A stretch of DNA of 64,000 nt from Octopus vulgaris (GCA_951406725.2 OX597823.1:100564001-100628000); one strand, 5' to 3'; numbered from the stretch's first letter, positions 13,621 to 27,788 are shown. The notes: generated from the letters alone by a model not told the origin. Program-made: numbers and translations.

Positions 13621-14631
13621 TTAGTTGAAGTCTGTTGTTGCAGAGTCAAGTTTCTGGGTGATTTAAATACGATCAGAATAGCTGTACAGCAGTGTCTAAA
13701 GAATGGTGGAGGATGTGAGATGGGTACTAGTTTACAGGTCCCAGAAGGAAGAAAGGCAAGGCTTACCTTGGCAGAAATTGAACTCAGAATATAAAGAGTC
13801 AGAAGAAATAATGGCAAATCATTTTGTCTGACATTTTCCCAATTTTGTCAGCTTGCTGCCATCAGTTTCTAGAATATGGAAGGCAGTAATTTTGAGAGGA
13901 AGAGGTTTAGTTGATACCATCAATCTCAAAACTTGCTTAGTATTTTATTTTATCAATCCCCAAGAGATGAAAGGCAAAGGTGACCTCAGGAGGATTTGAA
14001 CTCAGTATATTACAAACCATAAGAAATAACACAAGGTCTGATGTTCTAACAAGTTTGCATCTCTGGCATCCTAATAATAATTTGTTCAACCCCAGTATCT
14101 GACTGGTACTTTGTCTTATATTTGTTGAACTCAGAATGTAAAAAGCCAGAAGAAACACTAATGAGCATTTTGCTTGATGACACTAATGAATTTGCCAACA
14201 CTAATGAGTCTGCCAACTCACTGCCTTCCTTAATAATAATATAAGAACAACAAATCTTATAAAGAATTTTTTTTGAATAAGACACAGACATTAGTTTTTT
14301 TAATTACACTGCACCTCACCTTTAGATGCAAAAACATGTAGAGTGTTGACATCTTTGAGACTTGGGTGCAGCTTGTATAAAGTAAAACAAAGGCAAATGA
14401 TACTAATAGCAATAATGACCCTTTCTACTAAAGGCCTGAAATTTTGGGAGAGGGGACTAACTGATTACATTGACCCTGGTGAAAGGCAAAGCTGACCTTG
14501 GCAGAATTTGAATTCAGAATGTAAAGATGGACAAAATGCTGCAAAGCATTCTGCCCAGCATGTTAATGATTCTGCCAGCTCAAATTTTGGCACAAGGTCA
14601 GCTCACCACCTTAATAATAATAATAATAATA

Positions 14632-15115
14632 TTGGACGAAAAGGGGAAGGCGAAAATCCTCTGAGATTTTGAATTCTAGACAGACAAGGTGTTAGAGCAC
14701 CAAGGGCCAGACATAGTAACCTTTAGGAGGGACAAACAAGAGTGGCTAATAATTGATGTGGCAGTGCCAGGAGATCAACATATTATTATGAAACAAAGAG
14801 AAAAGATTGATAAATATGGAGACCTGAGAATTGAGATCGCCAAGATGTGGCAACTACGAGAGTCAATTGTCCCTGTTGTCACTGGAGAATTGGGTTCAAT
14901 TCCATCCAAGCTGAAGAAACATCTGGAAACTTTAGAAATACCCTACAATCTAGGTGAATAGCAAAAATCAGCATTACTTGGAACTGCATGCATATTGTGT
15001 AAAGTACTGTCTGTCCGAGGTCTTTGTTGTAACTTGACAAAAGTACAAACCCCCGGTAGACACAGCATCCTTCAATCAACAACATCATGATAGTGGATAC
15101 TGTGCAAAGTCTTAA
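14632..15115 (+). mobile_element. R4/Dong-like non-LTR element 3' fragment (restriction-like endonuclease)
   Basis: PDIV...IIDVAVP.D....EKIDKY.DL..EI..MW..VPVV.G.LG...QKSALLGT; inserted at (TAA)n. Confidence 0.8.
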
Positions 15116-15327
15116 ATAATAATTCTATTTTGCCTCAATACATCTGGTTGAATAAAAATGTCATGCTCTCAATAAAATGTCATCAAAAATAAAATGTTTA
15201 AGATAACCAAACAACTATAAATGAAAGTAAATGAGAGGATAAAACAAGATAGTAAAATAACAGTGGAGAAGAGATAAGAACAACAACAAAAACAAGTAAT
15301 TCCTCTGTTGAAGAGTTGAAAACTTAC

Positions 15328-15568
15328 AATGTTTCATTTAATGAATCGTTGCTTCGAGCCAAATCTGAGAAATTCTTTAGTTTGCTGTTGGAATTGGCAG
15401 GATGCAATAAAGCAGGTGAAGCTGATCTAGAGTTTGGCCCACTTCCAGCGCCCTTTCTTGTATAAACAACAGGAGATCGATTGCGAGGCTTGTGTTCAAC
15501 TTGTAACCGGGATGAAGCATCGACCCTTGAGGCATGTGTACAAAGTTCCGTGTCATCTTTCACTGGTT
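15328..15568 (-). CDS. OCRL: OCRL/INPP5B-like, Ser/Pro-rich linker exon (PVKDDTELCTHASRV...SNDSLNET)
   Basis: Acceptor cctttccactctag and donor TT|gtaagt; 241 nt, phase 1 to phase 2, open frame (ORF track 15324-15563). Confidence 0.75.
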
Positions 15569-16559
15569 CTAGAGTGGAAAGGCGAGGGGAAATAATAAAT
15601 AAATAAATAAGAACAGGAGTTAGACATGTCTTTAGAACAAACAGATTCCCCTTTCTTCCTCATGTAATAACATTCCCTCTTCACATTTAACTCCAAACTG
15701 CTCATCAGTTCCCACTAAAGTTGGTGTATTCTTTGTTCTTGCCTGTATTAATTGCAGGCATGAGAAGCAGGTGAACCAACAACGCTTCACCCCCTCCTCC
15801 ACCCCACTAAAAATATTTCATGCATGTAAACATTATCACTGATAAAGAACTGAGGTAAAATCTTTTCATAGACTTGTGTTAACAAACACTTATATGAGAG
15901 CAAGACAAATATTGTTACTATAAAATATAGGCCAGAAATGGGGAAAACAGCTTATTATTATTTATTATTTTCTTTTCTTTTTTTTTTGCATTTTAGGAAA
16001 ATTAGCAGTGATACGAATTCGGTGTTTCAAACTGTTCTGTTCATTTCAAAGTGAAGTAGTATTTACAAGTCTATTTAAAGATGAAAGTCAATTTCTGACA
16101 AAGCCCACATGCCACAACCTCCCACTTACTATATCACAGTGAAAGAATCAGAGAATGAGACTATAAGTTAACAGGCTTCTACTAATAAAGCTAGATAACT
16201 ACAATACCATATAATACAGGTTTTGCAATGAAGGAGGTATTAACTGACAACTGTCATTAGCTGAGAATAGTTATAGACTATATTCAATTACTTCTTATGA
16301 AGTATAAACTGTCAATTTTGTAAGGTAACAAGAGTGGGAGAGCAGTTTGAAATTTATTTTTCTTGAGAGTTTTTCTAAGATGGCTTGCATATAATACCGG
16401 CCTTGGTAATGATAGGAATGTATTTCCTCCTTTCTGTAATAGTTGGTTGTGTCTTTGAGTACAACGAAGGCCCAAGGAAAACTAACTTCTACATCTTCTA
16501 GCTGTTTGTTTAACTTTGTAACCTAATATGGCCAGTACCAGTGGGTGTAGGCTGTGAAA

Positions 16560-17910
16560 GTGCAGCATAGATGTCTTGCTACATCTGTGGCAATGCAATT
16601 TCAGATTTTGTTACAAGAAAATATTTTACAAATTTTGGAATGAAATTGGCCAATCAAGACAAACCAAAACCAAGTCCTTCTCACTATCTCCCAAATTTGC
16701 ATTGTAAATCAGAGGTAATTAACTAAAAGAAATGAGATGGGCTTTGGTGTAACAACAGTCTGGGAAGGACTGACAAATCATATTGGAGATTGCTTTTTTG
16801 TTTGATCTATATTTATGGACATATCTCTCCAAAACCCAAATTAAGAGACATTACCAACTAAAGTGCTAAAGTGCCTGTTGTATTTCTTAAGTTAGATGCC
16901 ATCAATAAACTGCATGCTGTACATTGGAAGGAAGCACTGAAGATGAAATCTACTGATTTTAAATCTTTCAAGACTCAACAGAATTACTGGGAACTAGGTT
17001 AAACCAAAATTACTTACGAGTTCCAGGAACAACATTTAACTTTCATTGGTACAAAGAAAACAAAAAAAGATCTGATGCAGGTCTTTTAGTGTAGGAGATG
17101 ACAATTTTTAGTGTCAAGTTGTTAATGATTTGTAAAATGTTGGAATGAATCAAACAAATGATAGATTTTCATTAACAGGTTGAAATTAAATCTAAAGTGT
17201 GTTTTTGCTGAGTAATGGAAATGTATTCAGTTCTGACTGGCCATTCAATACATAGAACCATGAATGTGGTATTGGAAAAGGCTTACTTCCAACACAACTG
17301 GATGATATGTGGAGATCTAAAAGTGATTTTCATGATGTTTAATCAACAAAACAGTTACACTAAATTTCTTGGGGGGGGGGGGGGAGTTGTGTTTATGGGA
17401 CAACTGAGTTAAAAGAGACCACTGCGTGAGAAAAGAATGGTCAGAAAGAAGAGTTTTTGAGGTTAGAAAGTAGAATATTATGAACATCCCCCTTAGTAAA
17501 CAGTGAAAATATCTTGTTCCTAGCATTTCATATTAAATTAGATTTGACAAAAACATTAATGTAAGGTAGATGATTCAAATCTAACGAGAGACTGAAGGTA
17601 GTTATCTTTGATGGGTTTAGCAATGAAAGATGAGCTATTTAAGGGTTTACTTAAACCTGTTAAACAAAATACCTGGGTAGCTTTTTTGGGGTAACAACAA
17701 ATCCCCAAACTATGATGTGATAAATAACTTCCAGAAGCTAGGGTATGAATATTAAAGTGTATTGCCTGCACAACCAATTGGACTACTTTTCTGCCATTTT
17801 GGGGGTAAAAGAGCAAGGTGAGCATTTCCATTAATTCATGAAAAAAAAAAAAAAACTACAGACATAAGATACCAGGAATGATGGAATAGAAATACAATGA
17901 CAGACTAATA
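16560..17910 (+). mobile_element. Degenerate Chapaev3-like DNA transposase
   Basis: Motifs CYICG, NHIGDCFFC, WMICGDLKV, HIKL, MNIKVYCLHNQLDYF, EQGEHFH and RYQ..W....DY occur in the expected order, with many frameshifts. Confidence 0.7.
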
Positions 17911-18462
17911 TCAATGTTTTACAATCCAAGAAGAGAAAGATGCTTCCTTAATTCTTAAACAGTTCACTTGCCATCCCAACCTTGTTTTTATATTTAGTCT
18001 ACATTTTCAGTTGCTAAATTAACATGAAAGAGAGAGAATTTGTTGCCTAACTGATGCATCTCTTTCCACAATACTGTTTTACTATATGTGAGTTATTTCA
18101 ATGATATCTGATGCATTTGACTGCTTTATTGTGGTTGGATAGTGTAAGAATAACTATAGATGTGTAACAATTTAATAAATTAAAACAATAAAATGTATAT
18201 TTCATAAAATTGGTACCTAAGTATAATATGCAAAAGATTAGATTTTCCATAAAACAGTTAAAATCACAATACTCTCTCTTTATAATTGTAAATTATATCA
18301 TATCCTTGCAAGTTGTGTTCAACTTAAATATGCATTTCCTTTACACTGTATTGCTAAGATTTGAAAAACAAAAAAAACAGGAAAAAAACTTTGATGTGAT
18401 ACATCATCATCATCATTTAGCATCCGTTGATGATGACATCGGGAAGATTTGAAAGGGGAAGA

Positions 18463-19950
18463 TGTGGGGATGAGATGAGCCAGAAGGGCTGTGACATCAA
18501 CAGTCAACAGGAAAAGGCTGCGACGTCAAGAGTCAAGGGGCCTGACTGGAACAGGAGGGAGGAGAGAGAGGAAGTGAGGGAAATAAGACCAGGGTTGTGC
18601 TCTTTTGGTCTGGTGCAGTTGCCATGAATGGACATCAGTGGAGTGAGCTAGCAGGATTGGTAGTAGCAGCTGTTAACATTAGGTGAGATGGGTAGAGCAT
18701 GTGTTTGAACTTAGCACAGCTGGACAGCCAACAGCGAGAGGTACGTGAATCATATCTTATTTCCCCACCATTACAATTCCCTCATACCACAAGCTATTTT
18801 GGTTCTTGTGTATAAATATATTTTTCGATTGTTGTTGTCCCTTTCAATGAGATAGCAGTGAAGATAAGAACTGGCAGCGATGCTGTCAGACCTTTCTGTG
18901 GTGAAGATGTAGTCGCCAGGATCTGTAAGATCAAGCTGGTGGTCAGGCATTGACAATGTAGCAGGTCTCATAACTCTGTACATGGAGGGAAGAATGTTGG
19001 TGCTGTACCTTGATATGGATGTGGACCGGGTCAGACGGCCATTTGGAGGGAAATGAAGATGGGCACTGCAGACGAGGTTGCACGTATCCTGAATGAGATA
19101 TTCCTGGAGCGGGGCCCTGTAGACGAATTGCTGATGGACAATGGCACTGAAGGAGATGCTTGATAAGTAGAATGTGCACTACTTTTTCAGAGTGGCATGC
19201 AGACCAAGTGGAAATGGGATTGTGAAAAGACATAATTGAATGATCAAGGCCATGGCAGAGAGGGGGCACATCTCACCACTGGAAGCAGTATTCTGCCACA
19301 CAGAGTGATATTTAGATATGAATGGCAGCATCTGAGTAAACCACCAGAATGTCCTGCAGAAGAGAGAGGGCCTGCCTTCAAGAAGGAGTGGGAAGACGTC
19401 TGTCAAGCCCCTGAAGGAATGCTGTACATCTCAGTGGAACAGAGGAATACTGATGGCTGTTAATTCCAATAATAATGTTTCTGTGGCTGGAATGCCGCAT
19501 CATGTCTTGGATATTCGCAGAATTGTCGCTTTGCTGGACGATGAAGGAGGAAGAGAGGAAGGGTACAAGGTGTCTACCTGAGTGGAAGATAGATTTTGAC
19601 ATGGAGTGAAGTGAGGTGATTTTTGAAACTGGAGGGGGGGGGGGCATGTGGAGGGATGAGATGAATTGGAAGGAAAGGGTTGTGATGTCAATGGTCAAGG
19701 GGTCTGACCAGAACAGGAAGGGGTAGAAAGGAAGCGAGGGAAGCAGAACCAAGGTCGTGCCGTTTCAGCCTGGTGCAGTCACCGTGAATGGACATCAGTG
19801 GAGCAAGCTAGCGGGATTGGCAGTAGCAGCTGCTAACATTAGGTGCAATGAGTAGGGCATGTGTTTGGACTTAGCACAGCTGGACAGCCAACAATGAGGG
19901 ATAGGTGAACCACATCTTATTTGCCATCATTACAGTTTCCTCATATCACA
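18463..19950 (+). mobile_element. Internally deleted Gypsy-like LTR retrotransposon
   Basis: Diverged direct repeats with TG...CA ends at 18463-18791 and 19647-19950; G-rich PPT at 19631-19646; integrase remnants IFLERGPVDELLMDNG and RPSGNGIVKRH. Confidence 0.85.
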
Positions 19951-20360
19951 GATTTGAAATCAACACCCAAAAATTATATACAACAGACACCTTCCATAAA
20001 AACAAAAAAGCTTTTACAAAATGGAGCTCAGAGTAATCAGGAATGATAATAAACATTATGAAAATTGTTTTAAGACTAACAATAGGCACAGGCATGGGTG
20101 TGTGGTTAAGAAGTTTATTCACCAATCAATGGGGTTTTGGATTCAGCCTCACTTGTGCACTAGAGGCAAGCTTTAGACCAAAGAATTGTGAGAGGATTTG
20201 GCAGAGTGAAATTGAAAAAGCTGTGTGTGTGTGCATACATGTGCAAGTGCATATGTGTCTATTTTGTCACCATGAAATTATGGCAAATGACTATCAAAAC
20301 AAGTAGAATTCTTCATTACCAGTCTTCTGTGTAAACATGTTCAGTCATGAAGAAATATTA

Positions 20361-20594
20361 AAGGCGGCAAGCGGGTAGAAACATTAGCACGCCATGCGAA
20401 ATGCTTAGCGGTATTTCGTCTGCTGCTACGTTCTGAGTTCAAATTCCGCTGAGGTCAACTTTGCCTTTCATCCTTTCGGGATCAATTAAATAAGTACCAG
20501 TTATGCACTGGGGTCGATCTAATCGATTTAATCCCTTTGTCTGTCCTTGTTTGTCCCCTGTGTGTATAGCCCCTTGTGGGTAGTAAAGAAATAA
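20361..20594 (+). mobile_element. tRNA-derived SINE
   Basis: A-box-like GGGTAGAAACATTAG and B-box GAGTTCAAATTC. Related copies lie at ~4030-4216 (+), 28565-28780 (+), 14420-14612 (-), 26740-26933 (-) and 61326-61533 (-). Confidence 0.8.
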
Positions 20595-21585
20595 GAAATA
20601 TTACCTTGTTTGGAAACAGATGAACATTAGTGGCAGGAAGAGCTTCTGTCCATAGAAAATTCTGCCTTAATGAATTCCATCTGATCTCTGCATGCATGGA
20701 GTTGCGGACATTAAAACAATGAAGAATAATTGAACAAATATTCAAATGTAACCCAAAAATACATACATTATAAATATGTATGCAATTTGAATATTTTCTT
20801 AGAAGACTAAAGAAAATACCTAAGTTGAAAACACCATGTTCAGATGGAGCTCAGCTTCTGGTTAAAAAAAATAAAACAAAAGCAAAGAAGCTGTGGAGTG
20901 AAATAGATCAACAGGAGAGCTAGGGAGTAGATCAGAATTGGCAAATAAGGCATCAGGACCAGTGTATATATAATGGCCTGTAGCTATATCTTCATATACT
21001 GTCAAGACTAAGGTGCATGCATTCAGATATGAGGGAACAAAGGCTGTCTATAAACTGGTAGAAGCATGATGTGGCAACAGAAATTGTTGTTCATTTCTGG
21101 CTTACAACTCAGTTGAATGCAGAGTTTAAGATATTCACCAAGGAAGTTGCTGCTTATTGTCAGTAGTTTGAGAACAGACAGACCTATGTGATTCCAGGAA
21201 GATCTATCCATGATCACTCCCACTTTATACAATACAATGTAAAGAGGGTGTATAACAAAAGTTGATGTTGGAGGGGCTCTGATTTATGGAGCTGATCCTT
21301 GTTCCTTGGTGGCTGTTTTCAGACCAGTTGCTTTTGAGCCTGTTTGCAGAGCTTGGATAGTTTCAATGTACAATAGTATCTGTTCAGTGGTCAGACTAAA
21401 TGGCCACCAATTGGAATGTTTCCATTTTGTACAGACAGCAATAGAAGAAACTGTCCAACTTTGGAGTAGTGTCTGTTTTGCATTGTGGAACTATAAGGCT
21501 AAAGAGTCTCGCATAACCTGCATCAGTTCCTGCTCTCCTAGAATGGCAGCCCACAATGTGGCCTTTGTACAATTGTGTGTGTGTG

Positions 21586-21850
21586 CGTGATAGGTACAGT
21601 GATAAGAGACATTCAACAACCCTTTCAGCTTTAATCTGGAAACTTAAAGACAAAAGGGACCAGTTTCAACATCTATGGAAAATCCACTCCAAATCCAGAC
21701 CCTATTTTAGTGGGTCCAAAAAATGTTCAGTATGTTCTCTTGAAAAACTGTATCTTTTTAAAAACTTGAGAACCTCCAATGAATACATAAATTCGAGGGA
21801 AGAGATTTTTTTTTCTGTATGTCTGCATTTCAAGAAATACATCTTGTTGG
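21586..21850 (+). mobile_element. PLE (Naiad-type) GIY-YIG endonuclease fragment
   Basis: STTLSALIWKLKD...CSVCSLEK...INSREE..SVCLH in ORF 21556-21978; begins after (TG)n. Confidence 0.75.
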
Positions 21851-22110
21851 AAGTTAAAAAACCATGGACACTTGGCAAACCATCAACATCTGGTTTATGT
21901 TTGCTCGACAGCAAATTAGTGGTAATTTTGGTTATCTCCCTTGTGCTTTTCTTTTTGTCTACCAGCATCTGTATCTAAACATTATCTGCTCAAAAGACAA
22001 CTGACAAATGGTGTTGTTTTCAGTTTGATAAATGGTGGAAACAAATTATTTTGACCAGGAAACCCTGGGTTACTATAACTGCAACAAGATTTGTGGTTTT
22101 TGATTGTAAG

Positions 22111-22151
<41 letters not shown>

Positions 22152-23599
22152 ACGATGCCAGATCAGATTGGGGCCTGGTGCAGCCTCCATGGCTTACCAG
22201 ACCCCAGTCAAACCAGCCAACCCATGCCAGCATGGAAAACGGACGTTAAACGATGATGAAGACGATGATATGTATCTCATCATCTTTTTAACATCTACTT
22301 CTCCATGCTTGTATGGGTCAGACAACACTACATTGGGGTAGAGATTTTTATGGCTAGATGTCCGTCATGCTGTCATCTTTATCTGTTTCCAAGTGAGGTA
22401 ATAATCTGCAAGTCCTGGACTATCAAAACAATAGCCTGGACATAGTTACATGGAGAACTGGAGAGAAATGACACTGTTTGAATATGACTTTTATTTACAA
22501 AGATCACGTGAAGAAGAGCTGATAGATTTTCATGATGGACAGCAAAGTGATGTTTTTGTTTACAAACATCAAGATGAAGGGAAAAAATGAACTTACACTC
22601 ACCCACCCATGCACACACGAACATATATGATGGGCTTCTTCAGTTTCTGTCTAGCAATTTCACTCATCAGGTATTAGTTGACCTGTGGCTATAGTATAAA
22701 ATGTTAGCCAATGACATCCATGAAGTGGGATTGAACTCCTAGCAATTTGACTCCAAAGTAAATTTCTTAACCTATAGCCATGTCTGTACCTATTGTGTGT
22801 GTGGGTGTGTGTGTAAACACACATTCACATATGCAAATATATATATAATTTATATATATGTATGTACATAGTTCAGAAATGTATATTTCAGAAAGAAACA
22901 CACATATAATGGTGAAAGATATAAACTCCAATGAGAAAGCTAGTTATAAACTAGTTACACATATATACAGATATACACATAAATACCTCTATAGAGATAT
23001 ACACACACATACATATTTGAAATAGAGCTGGATGTAATAAACAAGAAATTTATATTAATTTCTGAAATATATGAATCCACTTTTAATGTATGGTAAAAAA
23101 CAAAACTGAAACAAGCTTTATGAAAAGAAAAACCATGCACAAAGCAAAAGAAAATGGAAAAAAAAAGTAACAAAAAGCAGTGTTCCAGCATGGCCATGGC
23201 TTGCAGGGTTGGAACCAGTAAAAAAGAGTAAGCCAAGGCACTGAAAGGTATTTTTTGAGACCAACATGTAAAAATGAGCAAATGCTGGAATAAAAACACA
23301 GAAATAAATGAAGATAGAAGCAGGGTTCATAGAATTCAATGAGTAAAAGAGAGAAATATTCTTGGTGGAATTGGCTGTGATGGCATCAAATTGACATTAA
23401 TTGGTTGAATGGAATAAATGTTAAATGCAAAGACATTTGTATATGATAGGAAGTCTTAAATATGCAGGGAAAAACAGAAAGAAAGAAAAAAAGGAATGGT
23501 AACTGGTGTTGTTTGGGACTTACTGTTGATATATGCATGTGTGTGTGTGTGTGTGTGTGTGTGTAAACAAATATCATCATCATCATCTGGCCAAGCTTA

Positions 23600-23850
23600 A
23601 TCCACACATCCATCTTTGTCCTCTATTAGTTGAGGCTGTCTCAGAACCAAGGCACATGAAATCATCAACGTGATTGATGGGATCTCCACTAGTGTTGGAT
23701 CCTTGATGATTGTGAGCAATGAGTTTGGTTTTACTTGGATTAACAAGCAGTCTAACATCATATGCAGCTAACTGTAGACTATGAATTAATTGGGTGGAGT
23801 TTGATATATTGTCAGAGAACAAGGCTAAATCGTCGGCAGAGTCTCCATCA
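23600..23850 (-). mobile_element. RTE-like RT fragment
   Basis: SADDLAL...LLVNPSKTK...VDDFMCLGS. Confidence 0.65.
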
Positions 23851-24289
23851 GTTTGGAATGCTTGGCCATGGGGAAGTATTATTATCTGGCTTGGCAACAG
23901 GTGCTAGCTGATGATAGGAAAGGAAACTAACCACAGAAAATTTGCCTCAACAGACTCCATCTAACCCATGCAAGCATGGAAAAGTGGACGTTAAAAAGGT
24001 GATGTGTGTGTGTGTGTATACTTGGGATTACTTTTATTCTTGTATTTGATGAGGGGGAATCTTATAATATTTCATGAAATATTACAGCAGCATTGAACAA
24101 CATATGTAAGGCAATACAATATCTTTTCTCTTCACTTTTATTTATTGTAATTATATATATTTTACCAAACTTCTCATTTGAATTGCTCAAAAGTTGTTTT
24201 GTTTTAATATCATTTACACATTACAAGGCTTTAAGCAAATTATAACACTCTTTTACACATTCTTCTCTAATTTTGGTAGTGATTCAGCT

Positions 24290-25240
24290 ATAAGAACAGG
24301 GCTATCTGTGTAGAGGAGCTCCCAGGGGCAGCCAGTCTTAAATTCCTCTTCTTTAGCCTAGAGGACTATGACAAACAAGAGGGGGCCAAGAACTGATCCT
24401 TGGTGAACCCCTACTTGCATACTAAATTCCTTACTATACTCATTGGTGAATTTCAGCTTATTGACAGTATCCCTGTACATGGCTTGTATAGCTCTCACCA
24501 GCCGCTCTATATTGACCACCAGGTAAGAGAGTGGAGGACACTGTCAAAGGCTTTCTCCATGTTAACAAAAGCTAAATACAGAGGTTTATTTTTGGCCAAG
24601 TACTTTTCCTGCAGTTGCCTCACCAAGAAGATAGCATCAGTAGTGCTTCTTCCTGGCACAAATCCAAACTGCATCTCATCCTAATTAATGGAGCTATGAC
24701 CTTTTCTTTAACTTTCATCATCTGGTCCAGCAATTTGACGCCCTCTGTAATTATTCCTGTCTAAGGCATCACCTTTCTCTTTGTAACAAGTCTTTGGACA
24801 TGACTCCCTTGTGGACAACCTGATTAACTATATGGGTGACTAGGCCATACCCAACTCTGCCAGATATTTTAAACATCTCAGTGGTGATTCCTGATTGGCT
24901 AGGAGTGATCCCTCTCTTCATATCCTTAATTGCTTTATCAAATAAGCTACTGTCAATTTGGATACCCAGTCCCTCTTTTGGGTCTATGTTAGGTAGGTTC
25001 TCCTTCTATGTATTCTCTGCATTTAGCAATCTTTCATAGTGGCATTTCCATGCCTCCTTCTTTGCAGAATCACTAACTGCAAATAAGCCATCATCCATGC
25101 GTTCTCTCTTACAACATCATGACTTTCTCTGACACAGTCTTGCAAGCCGAAACACCTCAAGCCTCAGGCCCTCACGCCACAGAACATTGGCAAACTTCTT
25201 CCTTTCTGCTTCTCTCTTGGCTAAGTATGCTTGCCTTCTA
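24290..25240 (-). mobile_element. Degenerate RTE LINE RT region
   Basis: Minus strand gives fragments QFGFVPGRSTTDAIF, FVNMEKAFD, VGVHQGSVLGPL and PWELLYTD. Confidence 0.8.
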
Positions 25241-25767
25241 GTTGACATGTGTGTGTGAGTGTGTAAGCATGTGTGTGTGTGTATGTATATCACACACACA
25301 TATACATACACACACACATTTAAGTATGTATGTCAACATACAGAGGGCAAAAGATGTAAACATCATCAAGAAAAGTAAGAAACTGATGCTGCCAAACTAA
25401 AACATCTGGTGGTATTTCTTCTGCCCAAGTTGCATAGAACAATTCCTTGTTTCCCTCAACAGTGTAAATGAAATGAAATATATCGATTGACTTATTGAAC
25501 CAACAGCTTTCCGAGCAGTGAACAGTATGTTATATTTACATAAGTGCATATAAAATACTTTCTCTCTCTCTCAGCCCCACAGATGTCACATGTGTAGTAT
25601 GTGGAACATGAAATACATATAGACAAGAGTGATATATATATATATATATATATATATACTTTATTTTAAGCAGCAGAAAATTCAACATGCATCTAATGTA
25701 TTAGCACATACTGGTGCTCTTGTTACTATTATCACCTCACAAACACGATACCATACATAATATATAA

Positions 25768-26455
25768 TCATCATCATCGTTTAACGTCTGCTTTCCATGC
25801 TGGCATGGGTTGGACAGTTTGACTGAAGACAGGCAAGCGAGGAGGCTGCACCAGGCTCAATCTGATTTGGCAACATTTCTACAGCTGAATGCCCTTCCTA
25901 ATGCCAACCACTCTGAGAGTGTAATGGGTTCTTTTTATGTGCCACTGGCATTGGAGCCAGTCAAGCAGCACTGGCATCAACCATGCTTGAATGGTGCTTT
26001 TTATGTGTCACTAGCACAGGTGCAAATCAGGCGGCACTGGCATTGACCACACTTGAATGATGCTTTTTATGTACCACTGGCACGAGTGCTAATCAGGCGG
26101 CACTGGCATAGACCATGCTTGAATTGTCGTTTTTACATGCCACTGGCATAGAAACCAGTCAGGCAGCACTAGCATTGGTCATGCTCAAGTGGTGCTTTAC
26201 ACATGTCACCGGCACAGGTGCTAGTTGGGTGGCACCAACTTTGGCCATGACTACGATCTCATTTGGTTCAACAGATCTTCACAAACTCAGCATATTTGCC
26301 TGATGATTGGGGGGTATTTTTAAACAGACCAGTTATGTGACACTGACATTGGCCACAGCTACTATCTCACTTAGCTTGCCGGGGCTTCTCAAGCAAAGCA
26401 TATCTCCAAAGGTTTCCATCGCTTGTCATTGCTTCTGTGATGCCCAACATTCGAA
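25768..26455 (-). mobile_element. RTE 3' UTR with about 6 internal tandem units
   Basis: Same tail as the other RTE copies, with repeated GGTGCTTTTTATGTGCCACTGGCA-type units. Confidence 0.8.
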
Positions 26456-26663
26456 GAATGAATAAAATGACAGGTGAATTTCATCACATTTACACAAAAC
26501 TATTTGACTAAGTATTCTTTTTTCTTTTTCTTTTTTTATTCTTTTTCCTTTTACCAGTTACAGAAGTGAAAACTGATGAGGTCATTCTATCAAAATAGGA
26601 ACACAGGTTTTCCTTGTTTATATTTTCAATTTCTGTGTTTCTGTGGTTATTTTCATTCTATAT

Positions 26664-26708
26664 TTTGAATCTGAAGAAGACAGACCATCTGCTGAAATAC
26701 TGTTCAAA
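26664..26708 (+). ncRNA. Degenerate minimal hammerhead motif
   Basis: UUUGAAU-CUGAAGA-AGaCAGA-CCA-UCUGCU-GAAAUACU-GUUCAAA; 7-bp stem I, with the U before the cleavage site apparently mutated. Confidence 0.45.
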
Positions 26709-27788
26709 CTTAAACAATCTATTACAAATCGTATTGTGCTAGGTACAAGGCCTGAAATTTTGGGGGAGAGGACTAGTCAATTACATCGACCCCATTGTTT
26801 CACTGGTACTTAATTTATCGGCCCTGAAAGGATGAAAGGTAAAGTTGACCTTGGCATAATTTGAACTTAGAATGTAGTGACGGGTGAAATACTGCTAAGC
26901 ATTTCATTGAGCATGCTAACAATTCTGCCTTCTTAGTAATAATAATAAAATTCCAGGAAACTCAGAAGTATCAGAACTATGAAAACTTCATCTTATGAGA
27001 GCCCATATCCTAAGAAAAACATTAACCTGAAAATGTCTGACTCTTAAATCTCTTCCTAAACTGAAATATAAATTCAACAGGATCTTAGTTCTCAGATTCT
27101 GGTTGCCTTCCCTTACAATATATCATTGCTAATCATAAATAATATGGATTAATAATATCCAAATTGCTGTAACTTGAGGTCTCTGGGTGATATTTGGAAC
27201 AGCTCCAAGTACTTTCCCTGACACTAACAATTCTGCCAGCTTGCTGCCTTTTTTTTTGTTGTTTTTGATGATGTTGATGATGATGATAATAATAATAATG
27301 GAAAAAAGATGTAATTCTCAGTGTCACGTAACTGGTACCCATGCTGGTGGCACATATAAAGAACCTTTTGAGTATTGGGCCCCATGGAGGCAACATGGCC
27401 GATGTTGGTGCCATGGAACTAGCAAACATGTTGGTGGCACATAAAAAGCACCTTTCAAGTGCTGGGCCACATGGAGGCAATGACAAATGAGTGAAACCTT
27501 TGGCAATATGCTGTGTTTAAGAAGGAAGATCCATCAAGCTGAGTGAAATTGTAGTCGTGGTAGATACTGGTGTTGTGCCAGTGGCACATAACAGCACCTG
27601 GTACACTCTCAGAGTAGTTGGTGTTAGGAAGGGCATCCAGCTATAGAAACCATGCCAAACCAGACTAGAATCTGGTTCAGCCCCTCAGCTGACCAGCCCA
27701 TGTCAAACCATCGGACAACACACGTTAACACGCAATTTCAGATTAAAAGACACTCATACACTTTATTTGTGGGTTAACGAGGCTACTA

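Noticed and set aside
20361-20450. tRNA gene
   Set aside because: A/B-box-like motifs belong to a multi-copy SINE head and no cloverleaf could be built.
26568-26625. CUGAUGA with a hairpin and GAAAA/UUUUC flanks
   Set aside because: The GAAA core segment is missing; too degenerate to call.
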